Position numbers and translations under genes: made by a program
Notes under the pieces: generated by a model
The model's database searches: none
Seen by the model: the letters and a program-made list of their open reading frames with translations, nothing else
What the model was told of the DNA's origin: nothing
Shown: piece by piece, positions 15,524 to 25,154 of the stretch
Layout of the letters: the number at the start of each line of letters is the position of its first letter
Numbering within the stretch: position 1 is the stretch's first letter
Assembly (NCBI GenBank): GCA_964398115.1
Contig: CAYNLP010000006.1
Span: 1-43,406 of the forward strand
From: an uncultured Methanosarcinales archaeon
GTDB lineage: Archaea > Nanobdellota > Nanobdellia > Woesearchaeales > CAYNLP01
Length of the DNA stretch: 43,406 nt
Reading direction: 5' to 3'

Positions 15524-16339
15524 TTAGGAGACGTCAGTAGGATCCCAAGTTAAATGCTCATCTTCATTCAAATCATTCAACTTCTCCATATCCTCATCTT
15601 TAATTACGAAATCAAACACCTCACTATTCTCCACAATATGATCATGGCTTTGACTCTTAGGAATTACCACCAAGTCGTGTTGCAAACCCCAACGTATCAA
15701 AACCTGTGCAGGACTTTTCCCATACTTATCAGCCACTTCTTTAATGACAGGATTATCCAACCTTCGCGCCTTCGTTAAAGGACTATAAGCCTCTAACTGT
15801 ATATCCTGACTTTCGCAAAATTCTAACAAGCTTTTCTGATAAAGGAAAGGATGAAATTCTACCTGATTAACGGCAGGAACTACGTCTGTCTCATCCAATA
15901 ATTCTTTCAAATGACGAATGGTAAAATTACTAACCCCTATTGCCCGACATTTGCCTTCTTCATACAATTCAATCATTTCTTCCCAGGTATCGTTTCTCTT
16001 ACCTTCTACAGGCCAGTGCATCAACCACAAATCCACGTAATCCATACCAAGCTTGTCTAAACTCTCATTCAAAGCCTTCCGAGGATCATCATGATCATCA
16101 TTCCACAACTTTGTCGTTACAAAAACATCTTCTCTTTCCAAATCACTCTGTGCAATAGCCTTACCCACGCCCCCTTCGTTGTGATACCTCGCTGCCGTGT
16201 CAACATGCCTGTAACCATGTTCTAAAGCCCAAGTAACACTATCAATCACAGGTTTACCATCAGGGATTTTATATGTTCCAAGTCCAAAAACTGGCATCTC
16301 TACATCGTTGTTCAAAATCGTCGTGGTCTGAATATTCAT
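15524..16339 (-). CDS. Aldo/keto reductase (AKR5, 2,5-diketo-D-gluconate reductase-like)
   Basis: GLGTY, GYRHVDTAARY, FVTTKLW, LMHWP, IGVSNF, NQVEFHP, AYSPL, IPKS. Confidence 0.95.
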   Translation of the reverse strand: MNIQTTTILNNDVEMPVFGLGTYKIPDGKPVIDSVTWALEHGYRHVDTAARYHNEGGVGKAIAQSDLEREDVFVTTKLWNDDHDDPRKALNESLDKLGMDYVDLWLMHWPVEGKRNDTWEEMIELYEEGKCRAIGVSNFTIRHLKELLDETDVVPAVNQVEFHPFLYQKSLLEFCESQDIQLEAYSPLTKARRLDNPVIKEVADKYGKSPAQVLIRWGLQHDLVVIPKSQSHDHIVENSEVFDFVIKDEDMEKLNDLNEDEHLTWDPTDVS

Positions 16340-16442
16340 AATATTATAGAGAAAGAAAAAACTGGTTAAAAAAAGTTGCGAAACTATTAAATACTAATTT
16401 CCACCATAAAACCTATTATTGGTTAATACGGAGGGGAAGCAA

Positions 16443-16994
16443 ATGGAAAACTTAGATTTCGGACAAGCATTCAAATACCCATTTAACAAATGGAAAAGAT
16501 TATTCTACATCCTATGGGGACTAATACCAATCATAGGATGGTTCGCAATCATGGGATATCAGATAAGACTGGTGAAAGAATGGACACAAGGCAAATTCGA
16601 ACACCTACCAGAATTTGACCTGGGTGGAGATCTAAAACTAGGATTTGTCATGTTCATCAAATTCCTACCCATGCTAGTAGCAATAATGGTAGCATCATGG
16701 CTTTTCGGAAAAGCCGGAAACATAGGAACACTCCTCTTTGTAGTCCTAGCAGCACTAACCCTGCCAATGCTTATAGTGAACTTTTACAGAGAAGAAACGG
16801 TAGGTTCACTGTTTGACTTCGAAAAAATAGCACCAGTGTTTAACAATTTAGGCGACTACATAGTAACGTTAATCAAAGAAATCGCACTAGCGATAATCTT
16901 CGGAATTCTAAGTATAATCTTAGTAGGGATTCCAGGACGAGCATTTACCATGAACATCTTCCTAGCAGACTTTTACAGGAGAAACGTAGAATAA
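16443..16994 (+). CDS. DUF4013-like membrane protein (second paralogue)
   Basis: DFGQAFKYPF, LIPIIGWFAIMGY, LPEF; GGAGGGG SD before ATG 16443. Confidence 0.75.
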   Translation: MENLDFGQAFKYPFNKWKRLFYILWGLIPIIGWFAIMGYQIRLVKEWTQGKFEHLPEFDLGGDLKLGFVMFIKFLPMLVAIMVASWLFGKAGNIGTLLFVVLAALTLPMLIVNFYREETVGSLFDFEKIAPVFNNLGDYIVTLIKEIALAIIFGILSIILVGIPGRAFTMNIFLADFYRRNVE

Positions 16995-17023
16995 ATTTCC
17001 CTATTTTTCTCTTTCTTTTTATT

Positions 17024-17773
17024 TTAAACCGTGCATTCACTCTTTAAACTCCACTCTTTAGGACGCTTACCGCCGAGCAAATCCTCAACATAGTCAATTA
17101 AATTATTCAAAGCACGATATCTTTGTTCAAAATCTCGCTTTAACACAGCTCTTCGATAAACGCGTGCAAATTCTCCATCCACACTCTCTAACTGTTCTTC
17201 TACCCGCTTTGGTTTCTCCTTCAAAATCTCATTCACTTCACAAAAATATTTCAAAGATTTATCTAACACTTCACTAGCAACGAGTTCAAAACCAAACCAG
17301 TCCTCCTTCAAGTAAACGTCTTCCAAATCCTTTCTCAAATCATCCATTTGATACCGCGCAGTTTCAACTTCAAATTCGTTCATCTCGGAAAGACTCTCCT
17401 CCATAACATCCTCCGCCTCGTCAATTAAATCATCCAAAACTTCATCGCCTTTGTATAAAACCTCACAATTCGTAAACATGTGAGCCGCGCTCGGACTATC
17501 CACACCTTCACGTTCTCTCCTAAAATATTCTTTAACTTGCTCTATCGGATTAATGAAATACTCAATCTCTACGCCATCAATCCAAGTATTACCGCGTTCA
17601 CGAAAGTCACTCTCTTCCAAGACTATGTAAACATCTAAATCAGAGTTTTTATCCGGCTCGCTGTGTAAGAAAGAACCTGTGAGTAAAATACCGACGACGT
17701 TATCATCATCTTTGTAATCATCTATAAATTGATTTAAAGCTTTTCTGAATTTATCCTTTCTTTCTTCAAACAT
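17024..17773 (-). CDS. Pol-beta superfamily nucleotidyltransferase with helical C-terminal domain
   Basis: GILLTGS...NSDLDVYIV, RERGN...IEYFINP. Confidence 0.85.
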   Translation of the reverse strand: MFEERKDKFRKALNQFIDDYKDDDNVVGILLTGSFLHSEPDKNSDLDVYIVLEESDFRERGNTWIDGVEIEYFINPIEQVKEYFRREREGVDSPSAAHMFTNCEVLYKGDEVLDDLIDEAEDVMEESLSEMNEFEVETARYQMDDLRKDLEDVYLKEDWFGFELVASEVLDKSLKYFCEVNEILKEKPKRVEEQLESVDGEFARVYRRAVLKRDFEQRYRALNNLIDYVEDLLGGKRPKEWSLKSECTV

Positions 17774-17818
17774 GACTTGTTCAAAAACAATAAGAAATAA
17801 AAAATCTTCTGGAAATAG

Positions 17819-17890
17819 CGGACCCGCGGGGATTTGAACCCCGATCCAGCGGTTCGAAGCCGCTCGTTTTATCCATTAAACTACGGGCCC
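17819..17890 (-). tRNA. tRNA-Arg (TCG)
   Basis: GGGCCCG/CGGGTCC acceptor, AGCGG-CTTCGAA-CCGCT anticodon arm, CGGGG-TTCAAAT-CCCCG T arm. Confidence 0.97.
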
Positions 17891-17970
17891 AAATTAGAAA
17901 ATCTTGCTCTAGTTTTTAAATATAACGTAGATGATTCTATTTCTAAGAAAGAATTGTTAGGAAAGAGTTT

Positions 17971-18258
17971 CTATTTCTTTGTGAGGGTGATTTCGATTGT
18001 GCTTACCCTGATGTCTTTTCCTTCGTCGTTTGTGAATTCTTCTGATCCAATTTCAATGTCTTCAACTTCAGCCTGTCCTTCGAGGAATCTTTTGGTTACA
18101 ACCTCTGCGACGTCGACGGCTCGGCTTATGAATTTTCCTCGTCCTTTAATCACTACTTCGTCCGCGCCTTTACTGGTGAATTGTACTACTACACCAGTGA
18201 CGTAGTTCATAAAAGGCTTGTTGCCAATGTAGACTGAATTGTCGTCGTTATTTCCCAT
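17971..18258 (-). CDS. albA: DNA/RNA-binding protein Alba
   Basis: YIGNKPFMNYV, IKGRGKFISRAVDVAE, VSTIEITL. Confidence 0.97.
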   Translation of the reverse strand: MGNNDDNSVYIGNKPFMNYVTGVVVQFTSKGADEVVIKGRGKFISRAVDVAEVVTKRFLEGQAEVEDIEIGSEEFTNDEGKDIRVSTIEITLTKK

Positions 18259-18286
18259 TGTTTATCCCCCCAAAAAAATGGATAGT

Positions 18287-18475
18287 TTACGCTGAACTTT
18301 TCTGTAATCGTGTAATGTATCCAGCGATCACGTTTCTGATTTTCTTCGACGGTAAATCCGCCACTTCCATTAATGTTTCTTTGTTCTCTTCAAAGTCATC
18401 GCTAAAACGGTCTCCATACTTTTCCATGATGTCTTCTGTAGTCGATTTTACCAGTTGTGTCTTTATTCTTCCCAT
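18287..18475 (-). CDS. rps17e: 30S ribosomal protein eS17
   Basis: MGRIK, FSDDFEENK, SKKIRNVIAGYITR. Confidence 0.97.
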   Translation of the reverse strand: MGRIKTQLVKSTTEDIMEKYGDRFSDDFEENKETLMEVADLPSKKIRNVIAGYITRLQKSSA

Positions 18476-18551
18476 GTATCAAAAGCCTTACTTTCGTCCG
18501 AAAAATAAAGTTTCGTTTATAAAAGTTGTGTTTAGTATACGAAATCCTACA

Positions 18552-19328
18552 CTAGGACAGTTCCGTTAAGAGTTTCGCCGCTACTTTCACTGTCAAATCA
18601 TTTCTATCTCTATCAGCATTTACTTCTACAATGTCTGCCATATTCAAACTATCAATATTTTTAATCCTGTGCAAAAAGTAAAGCAACTCTCTCGTGGACA
18701 AACCTCCCGGTTCTCTATAGCTAACCCCGGGTGCAAAAGCAGGGTCTAAAACGTCTATATCGACACTTAAGTAAATATCGCTCCACTGACGAGCCACCGA
18801 CATTATGCTGTCACAAACCTCTCTCCTACCCTCTAGTTCTAACTCTTTCATGCTGTAATATTTGATGTTATTATCTTTGAGATATTGAACTTCGTCTTTG
18901 TGAAAGTTTCTAAGCCCGACTAATACAACATTTTCTGATTTTAGAACGTCTTCATCTATAAGGCTAGACAAGTAATCTTCATGTGTTCCGAAAGCTTCCG
19001 TCATATCAGGGTGGGCGTCGAAAGCAATCAAACCAGGATTATCTCTGCCCCTCGCAAACCCTTTAAAACTTGGTAAAGTTAAACTGTGATCTCCCCCAAG
19101 GAGAACAGAAAAGTGGTTTAGTTCAGAAACAGATTTTTCTATTATTTTATGTGACTTCTCCAAATTGCTATTATCAACATCTAAGTCGGAGAAGTTAAAC
19201 ACAGGCAAAGTTTCTTCTTCACTCATGTAAAAATTTTCCGTTTCTTCTTCAATCAAGTCAGGACTTTTCTCCAAACCTTCACGGTTTTGCATACTTCCAG
19301 CATTCAAAGGAACTTTCAAAACTTTCAT
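18552..19328 (-). CDS. Ureohydrolase (arginase/agmatinase family)
   Basis: GGDHS, DAHPD, SVDIDVLDPAFAPG, EPGGL, DIVEVN. Confidence 0.9.
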   Translation of the reverse strand: MKVLKVPLNAGSMQNREGLEKSPDLIEEETENFYMSEEETLPVFNFSDLDVDNSNLEKSHKIIEKSVSELNHFSVLLGGDHSLTLPSFKGFARGRDNPGLIAFDAHPDMTEAFGTHEDYLSSLIDEDVLKSENVVLVGLRNFHKDEVQYLKDNNIKYYSMKELELEGRREVCDSIMSVARQWSDIYLSVDIDVLDPAFAPGVSYREPGGLSTRELLYFLHRIKNIDSLNMADIVEVNADRDRNDLTVKVAAKLLTELS

Positions 19329-19360
19329 ATTTCTCAGAAATAACCGCTCATTATTAAGAG

Positions 19361-20857
19361 TTACTTTATCAAAACATTTCCAGTCATTTCATCTGGAATG
19401 TCCAACTCGATCAATTCTAACAAAGTAGGAACTATATCTCCGAGTTTTCCATCTCTCAACTCAACTTTTTCTCCAATTATACAAAGAGGTACTAAAGTAT
19501 CCGTATGACTCGTCACGGCACCTCCGTCTTCCGTCAACATAGTCTCTGCGTTGCCATGATCCGCCGTTATAACTGTCAAACCATCTTTTTCCTCTACTTT
19601 ATCTACAATCTTACCGATACACTCATCTACAGTTTCTACAGCTTTAACAGTCGCTTCGAAATCACCGGTGTGACCAACCATGTCGCAATTAGCAAAATTC
19701 ATAATGATAAAATCCGTTTCGCCCTCATTCAAAACTTCCAAACACTTCTCCGTTGTTTTATAAGCGCTCATCTCTGGTTTTTGATCATAAGTCGCGACGC
19801 CAGGACTATCTATTACACAACGCTTCTCTCCCGAGAATGGATCCTCCCTCTCTCCACTGAAGAAATAAGTCACATGAGCGTATTTCTCAGTCTCTGCAAT
19901 TCGATACTGACTGAATCCTAAATTAGAAATATACTCTCCAAAAGTCATGTCAGGATGAGGTTTTTCACAAATAAAAGGTGCAGGGATGTCATCGTAGTAA
20001 GGCACCATAGCAACAAAGTTAACATCTTTAACATCACGATCAAAATGATCAAAATCTTTCTCTATCAAAGCCTTCGTTAATTGCCGAGGCCTATCACTTC
20101 TATAATTAAAGAAAACCATAGAGTCACCATCTTTCAACCCATCGTAGTCAATCACTCTCGGTTTGATAAACTCATCACCTTCATCATTCTCCCTAGCCGA
20201 TTTTATTGCCTCCTTCCAAGAACTAACTTGATGCCCTTCGCCGCAATTAACAGCATCATAAGCCAGTTTAGTCCTGTCCCAACGCTCATCCCTATCCATA
20301 GCGTAATAACGACCAATAATTGTTTTTAAATCACCACCGAATTCTTCAATCTTTTCATCCAACATTTCAAAATATTTTTCCGCCACCCTAGGTAAAGTAT
20401 CTCTCCCATCCGTAATAGCGTGAATGTAAGGAGTTATGCCCTGTTGATCACAGAATTTTAACAAAGCAAACAAGTGATTGATATGACTATGAACTCCCTT
20501 ATCAGAAAGCATTCCTATAATGTGAAAGTTAGAATTGTTTTCTTTAACGTTCTTTGCAGCGTTTAACAAAGCTTCATTTTCAAAAAAACCGCCGTCTTCA
20601 ATCATTTCATCGATACGAACTTCCTCTTGCTTAACGACCCGACCAGCTCCTATATTCAAGTGCCCCACTTCAGAACTTCCAAAATAACCCTTTGGTAATC
20701 CTACCGCTTCACCGCTAGCCTTCAATCGCGAAAAAGGATAGTCTGAGAAATAAGAATCCAAGTTCGGAGTTTCAGATTCAGCTATGGCATTACCATCTTT
20801 TCCTTCCCGCAAGCCAAAACCATCCATTATTATTAGAACAACAGGACTCTTCTCCAT
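19361..20857 (-). CDS. gpmI: 2,3-bisphosphoglycerate-independent phosphoglycerate mutase (bacterial type)
   Basis: IMDGFG, GSSEVGH, DGRDT, GRYYAMDRD, AETEKYAHVT, DMVGHTG, ADHGNAE. Confidence 0.97.
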   Translation of the reverse strand: MEKSPVVLIIMDGFGLREGKDGNAIAESETPNLDSYFSDYPFSRLKASGEAVGLPKGYFGSSEVGHLNIGAGRVVKQEEVRIDEMIEDGGFFENEALLNAAKNVKENNSNFHIIGMLSDKGVHSHINHLFALLKFCDQQGITPYIHAITDGRDTLPRVAEKYFEMLDEKIEEFGGDLKTIIGRYYAMDRDERWDRTKLAYDAVNCGEGHQVSSWKEAIKSARENDEGDEFIKPRVIDYDGLKDGDSMVFFNYRSDRPRQLTKALIEKDFDHFDRDVKDVNFVAMVPYYDDIPAPFICEKPHPDMTFGEYISNLGFSQYRIAETEKYAHVTYFFSGEREDPFSGEKRCVIDSPGVATYDQKPEMSAYKTTEKCLEVLNEGETDFIIMNFANCDMVGHTGDFEATVKAVETVDECIGKIVDKVEEKDGLTVITADHGNAETMLTEDGGAVTSHTDTLVPLCIIGEKVELRDGKLGDIVPTLLELIELDIPDEMTGNVLIK

Positions 20858-20932
20858 AACTCCTTTTTAAACATCTCGGTATAAAAACTTTGTGCAAAAG
20901 TTTAAATATTTACAACTACAGAAAAAGACCTT

Positions 20933-22201
20933 ATGATAATACAAAACTTCGACGAAGTTGGAAGAACAGAGACAAGAAAAGACGCATTAGAAATAATCAA
21001 TGCAGGAATAGAAGCAGTCCTTACAAAACCAGCCATGAAAAAATTCGTAACATTACAAGACAACATTCTGAACATCAAAGGACAAGAATTTGACCTTTCA
21101 GAATTCAAAGACATATATGTAATAGGTGGGGGAAAAGCAGGGGGGGACATGGCAGAAGCGTTAGAAGAAATACTAGGCGACCGAATCAAAGACGGTATTG
21201 TCATCACCACCCAAGAAAAAGAATTAAAGAGGATTAAAGTAGTGCAAGGAACCCATCCAAACCCGAGCAAGAAAAACCAACAAGCCTGCGACCGTATTTT
21301 AGAAACGGCGGAAAGAGCAGGAGAAGAAGATTTACTTCTTACTGTTATCAGCGGGGGTGGAAGCGCGTTAATGGCAAATCCAAGAACTCACACTTTCCAC
21401 GAAGATTTGAAAATGAACCAAGAACTTCTAACCAGCGGAGCAGATATTTACGAAATAAATGCTGTTAGAAAACACTTATCCAAGTTTAAGGGAGGGCAAC
21501 TATCCGAAGTAGCTTATCCCACCACGTTAGTAACTATGATAATAAGCGACGTTTTAGGTAATGATTTAAGCGTTATAGCCTCAGGACCTACAGTAAAGGA
21601 TGAAAGCACGGTTGAAGACGCGAAAGAAGTTATAGAAAAATACAATTTACCTGAACTACACCCAGAAGATTTCAAGGAGACTCCAAAAGATGACAAATGG
21701 TTTAGTAAAACACACAACATCCTCTTACTAACAAATGAAGATTCGGTAAACGCTATGAAGGAAAAAGCGGGAGAATTAGGATATGAAACCGAAATATTAG
21801 GTTACGAAATTGAAGGAGAAGCACGAGAAGTAGGGAAGGATTTAGCGCAACAAATCGAGGCCGGAACGGCAAAGATAGGAGCCGGAGAAACCACTGTCAC
21901 AGTAACTGGAGATGGAAAAGGAGGAAGAAATCAAGAAGTCGCACTTGGAGCTCTAGGAAGCTTCGACAATCCAGGAGTTGTAGCGTCGGCCGGAACCGAC
22001 GGTATCGACAATACGGAAGCTGCCGGTGCCGTAAGTGATCAAAATAGTAAAAGAAGAGCTACAGAGAGAGGATTAAATCATAACAGGTATTTAGAAAATA
22101 ACGACGCCTTCAACTTCTTCCAAAAAATAAATGATTTGATAATGACAGGAGAAACCGGAACTAACGTTGCGGATATAATGCTTGCACTCGGCGAAGACTA
22201 A
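20933..22201 (+). CDS. Glycerate 2-kinase (class II, MOFRL/TtuD family)
   Basis: GGGKA, HPNP, ISGGGSAL, RKHLSKFKGG, IASGPT, GETTV..GKGGRNQE, GTDGID, TGTNVAD. Confidence 0.93.
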   Translation: MIIQNFDEVGRTETRKDALEIINAGIEAVLTKPAMKKFVTLQDNILNIKGQEFDLSEFKDIYVIGGGKAGGDMAEALEEILGDRIKDGIVITTQEKELKRIKVVQGTHPNPSKKNQQACDRILETAERAGEEDLLLTVISGGGSALMANPRTHTFHEDLKMNQELLTSGADIYEINAVRKHLSKFKGGQLSEVAYPTTLVTMIISDVLGNDLSVIASGPTVKDESTVEDAKEVIEKYNLPELHPEDFKETPKDDKWFSKTHNILLLTNEDSVNAMKEKAGELGYETEILGYEIEGEAREVGKDLAQQIEAGTAKIGAGETTVTVTGDGKGGRNQEVALGALGSFDNPGVVASAGTDGIDNTEAAGAVSDQNSKRRATERGLNHNRYLENNDAFNFFQKINDLIMTGETGTNVADIMLALGED

Positions 22202-22830
22202 ACATTTCTCAAAACATCCACGCCTATTCTAGGATCGTCAAAACTCCAAACATAGCTACCGCTACAAAGTATGTTAGCACCTGCTCTAACACACATCTTA
22301 CCCGTTTCGTCATCAATACCTCCATCAACCTCGATATCTATCTCTTCATCTAACTCTCTTAAATCATCTATTTTCTCTACCACGTCTTCAATAAACTCTT
22401 GACCGCCTTCTCCAGGATAGACGCTCATAATCATAACTTGGTCTATTTCTGGCAGTAAACTTTTTATTTCTGACAACTCCGTGTTAGGATTGACAGAAAC
22501 ACCAGCTTTCGCATCGTTTTCTTTAACCTTTTCAACCACTTCAAAAGGCTTTTCAGCTGCTTCGATGTGGAAATTGATTATATCCCCTCCTGCTTGTATA
22601 AAGTCTTCAACGTGGCTTATAGGCTCTTCAATCATTAAGTGTACGTCCATAACTTGATCACTTTTTTCACTTAATTCTTCTAATTCTTCCGTCCAGATGG
22701 TTTCGTTATCGACAAACTCTCCATCCATCACATCCACATGGATGTAATCTGCATTACTCACTTTAAAAAGACTTACTTCTAACTTAGAGAAATCCATTGG
22801 AAGCGTTGAAACACTTACTTTATTGACCAC
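22198..22830 (-). CDS. rpe: Ribulose-phosphate 3-epimerase
   Basis: HVDVMDGEFV, DVHLMIEEP, MSVYPGEGGQ, EVDGGI, GS; probable GTG start at 22830. Confidence 0.95.
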   Translation of the reverse strand: MVNKVSVSTLPMDFSKLEVSLFKVSNADYIHVDVMDGEFVDNETIWTEELEELSEKSDQVMDVHLMIEEPISHVEDFIQAGGDIINFHIEAAEKPFEVVEKVKENDAKAGVSVNPNTELSEIKSLLPEIDQVMIMSVYPGEGGQEFIEDVVEKIDDLRELDEEIDIEVDGGIDDETGKMCVRAGANILCSGSYVWSFDDPRIGVDVLRNV

Positions 22831-22886
22831 AAAAGCTTTTTTACTAAGGAAAAATATATAAATTCTACGCCTCCTAAACATAGATT

Positions 22887-23331
22887 ATGGTAAAAATTTT
22901 CCTGGGAGCAGATCACGCAGGATACGGTTTGAAAGAAAAAGTTAANNNNNNNNNNACATTTCTTAAGCGAGAAAAATATTGAATTTGAAGATTTAACCCC
23001 TGAACTTGATGAAAGCGACGACTATCCTGATAAGGTAAAAAAAGTTGCACAAGCCGTTTCTGAAGGAAAAGGTAAAGGAATAATATTCTGCGGTACTGGA
23101 ATTGGAGCTAGCATAACTGCGAACAAATACGAAAACGTCCGAAGTGCTCGAGTAACTAACAGAGTCGATGCGGAAATGGCTAAAAAGCACAACAACGCAA
23201 ACATTATAGCCATGGGTGGAAGAACCACTACTAGAGACACTGCTAAGAGAATTGTAGAAGAGTGGTTTGAAAATGAATTCGAAGGTGGCAGGCATCAGAG
23301 AAGAATAGATAAGATAAAAGACTTAGAATAA
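22887..23331 (+). CDS. rpiB: Ribose-5-phosphate isomerase B (interrupted by N gap; absent from ORF track)
   Basis: Manual translation: MVKIFLGADHAGYGLKE [gap] DDYPD, FCGTGIGASITANK, HNNANIIAMGGR, FEGGRHQRRIDKI-KDLE stop. Confidence 0.95.
22946..22955. other. Scaffold gap (10 N)
   Basis: Run of N; shifts the rpiB frame. Confidence 1.
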
Positions 23332-23464
23332 AAGCGTTATTTAACCCTTTCTCAAAATCTAAAATATAGGAGAAGTTTTGAAGAGATTTAACGTAAAAAG
23401 TTCTAAATATAGAAGTAGATAAAGTTATTGAAAGAAGAAAATAAAAAAATTATAAATGAAGTTT

Positions 23465-23965
23465 TTACTGTTCAACTTCGGAGATTAGCTGACCGTTTAC
23501 AGTGTGAGTTACAGTTTGTCCTGAAATCCTGTAAACAATCTCTAGGTCTGCTTGGTATCTATCTCCTTCTTGAAGAGGATCTGAAACGCCAGTTGTACAG
23601 TCTACTGTTACTAGCCCTCCTCCTATGGAGTCTCCATTATCAACAGTTCCGCTACTGTTATACGTTCCAGAACTTCCTTCTGGGAAACACTCTGTTCCTC
23701 CAGAGTCTGTAATGGTAACATTTGCCTCTGCAAGGTCTTGTCCCATATTGTTTTGTATATCTAACTGCACGTTATCCGCAGTTGAAACTTTGAATTGGGT
23801 ACAGCTAAATCCTGCACCAACATCACATCTGTTGGGTAAGAACCGGCTAGGACTTAGAACACCGAAGTATGCGAGTGCTCCTATAGCTGCAAGGACGACT
23901 AGTATAGCCCAGCCGTAGGTCATTAAAAACTCCATTGCTGCTTGTGCTCTCTTTTGATTTATCAT
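23465..23965 (-). CDS. Archaeal type IV pilin (probable major pilin)
   Basis: Class III signal KRA|QAAMEFLMTYGWAILVVLAAIGALAYFG; own TATA box, GAGGTGA SD and downstream U-rich tract. Confidence 0.9.
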   Translation of the reverse strand: MINQKRAQAAMEFLMTYGWAILVVLAAIGALAYFGVLSPSRFLPNRCDVGAGFSCTQFKVSTADNVQLDIQNNMGQDLAEANVTITDSGGTECFPEGSSGTYNSSGTVDNGDSIGGGLVTVDCTTGVSDPLQEGDRYQADLEIVYRISGQTVTHTVNGQLISEVEQ

Positions 23966-24058
23966 GATTTCACCTCTCGTGAATTTTACTAATCAGTTAG
24001 TTTCTGCCTTTAATACTATTTAAATGTTTTGTTGTTATAACCTCTCCTCTATTATTTT

Positions 24059-25150
24059 TTAAAAGAATGTGCCCATCAATCCACCTAAGAGTTGGTTAGC
24101 AATCATGTAAAGGAAGAGTGTTGACACCACAAAAGCAGGTATAGTAACCGCTCCTTCTTTGATATCCCCTTTTCTTATAACACTGATAATAGCTCCTGAG
24201 AAAAAGCTTGTCACTATCAGCATCGCACTTGCATACACCTTGAAATCGTCAATTGAAACCGCATCAGGATTTATGCTTAAGGAAATCATTCCAGAACTTG
24301 CTGAACCTCCACCCAAACCAGCCGCTATATTTTGAATAACATTTAAAAGTTGTGTAGCGAGACCGAAAAGAAAAGGTGCACCTACCAAAGTAGCGATGGA
24401 AATAAAAATTACATAAGTGGTGACATTAGCAGCCATTTCCTTACGCAAAATCTCCGTCTCTTCAATATTCATCGCAATTTTATTCAACAAATCAGCCATT
24501 TCTCCCCCAGCATCCATCCCTTCAAGAATTAAACTTACAGCCCTGTTTAAATCACGACTGTCAAATCTTCCAGCAAATTCCTGTAAAGCTTCATCCAAAT
24601 CCTTACCGGCATAAGTAGATTTTGCTACTATCTCAATTTCCTCTGCTAAAATACCGAATTGTGGGCGTACAGCAAACCATAAAGCTCTGTCCAAAGGCAT
24701 TCCCGCGCTAATGTTAGCTGAAGCCAATTGTAGGAAGTCAGGTAAGACTTTCTCAAGTTCTTTTGTCCTCCTATACATGCGTAAATCAATGTATAGCATG
24801 AATCCAAAGCTTATAATTGCAAAAATTGCAATGAATCCAACTGTCCACAAACCTGCAAGAAATATTAAAACATCAACCGCGGTGTTAACACTCTGCATCG
24901 ATATAAAAAGGACGAATGCAGTGAGAAGAAGGCAAATCCCAATTGACGTTTGAAAAAGCCTTTTTTTCAACGATTCTTCACTAATGTCCAAACCTGCCCT
25001 GTTCAGATACTCTTCAACTTCAAACTCGTCCTTTTCTTCTAAACTCTCTTCTTCGCTTTGAGTTTCCTCTACCATTTTTTTATGTTCTTCTGTCCAAGGG
25101 AGGAACGCCTTCCATGAATATCCTTCATCATCTAGCTTATCTTCTTCCAT
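24059..25150 (-). CDS. Type II secretion F / TadC-like pilus platform protein
   Basis: LPDFLQLASANISAGMPLDRAL, FGILAEEI, GGEMADLL; multiple TM helices. Confidence 0.9.
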   Translation of the reverse strand: MEEDKLDDEGYSWKAFLPWTEEHKKMVEETQSEEESLEEKDEFEVEEYLNRAGLDISEESLKKRLFQTSIGICLLLTAFVLFISMQSVNTAVDVLIFLAGLWTVGFIAIFAIISFGFMLYIDLRMYRRTKELEKVLPDFLQLASANISAGMPLDRALWFAVRPQFGILAEEIEIVAKSTYAGKDLDEALQEFAGRFDSRDLNRAVSLILEGMDAGGEMADLLNKIAMNIEETEILRKEMAANVTTYVIFISIATLVGAPFLFGLATQLLNVIQNIAAGLGGGSASSGMISLSINPDAVSIDDFKVYASAMLIVTSFFSGAIISVIRKGDIKEGAVTIPAFVVSTLFLYMIANQLLGGLMGTFF

Positions 25151-25154
25151 GATA

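Noticed and set aside
17024..17773. MNT-HEPN toxin-antitoxin or CBASS cyclase
   Set aside because: No HEPN RxxxxH partner or effector gene nearby; architecture fits a stand-alone KNTase-like enzyme
14700..17890. Integrated element at tRNA-Arg(TCG)
   Set aside because: No duplicated tRNA 3' end or integrase; the similar sequence at 43180 is a second complete tRNA-Arg
17834..18205. 123-aa ORF on the + strand
   Set aside because: Antisense to tRNA-Arg and alba
22887..23331. rpiB (and the 32568-33670 pilin-like gene) as frameshifted pseudogenes
   Set aside because: The breaks coincide with 10-N scaffold placeholders of arbitrary length; motifs on both sides are intact
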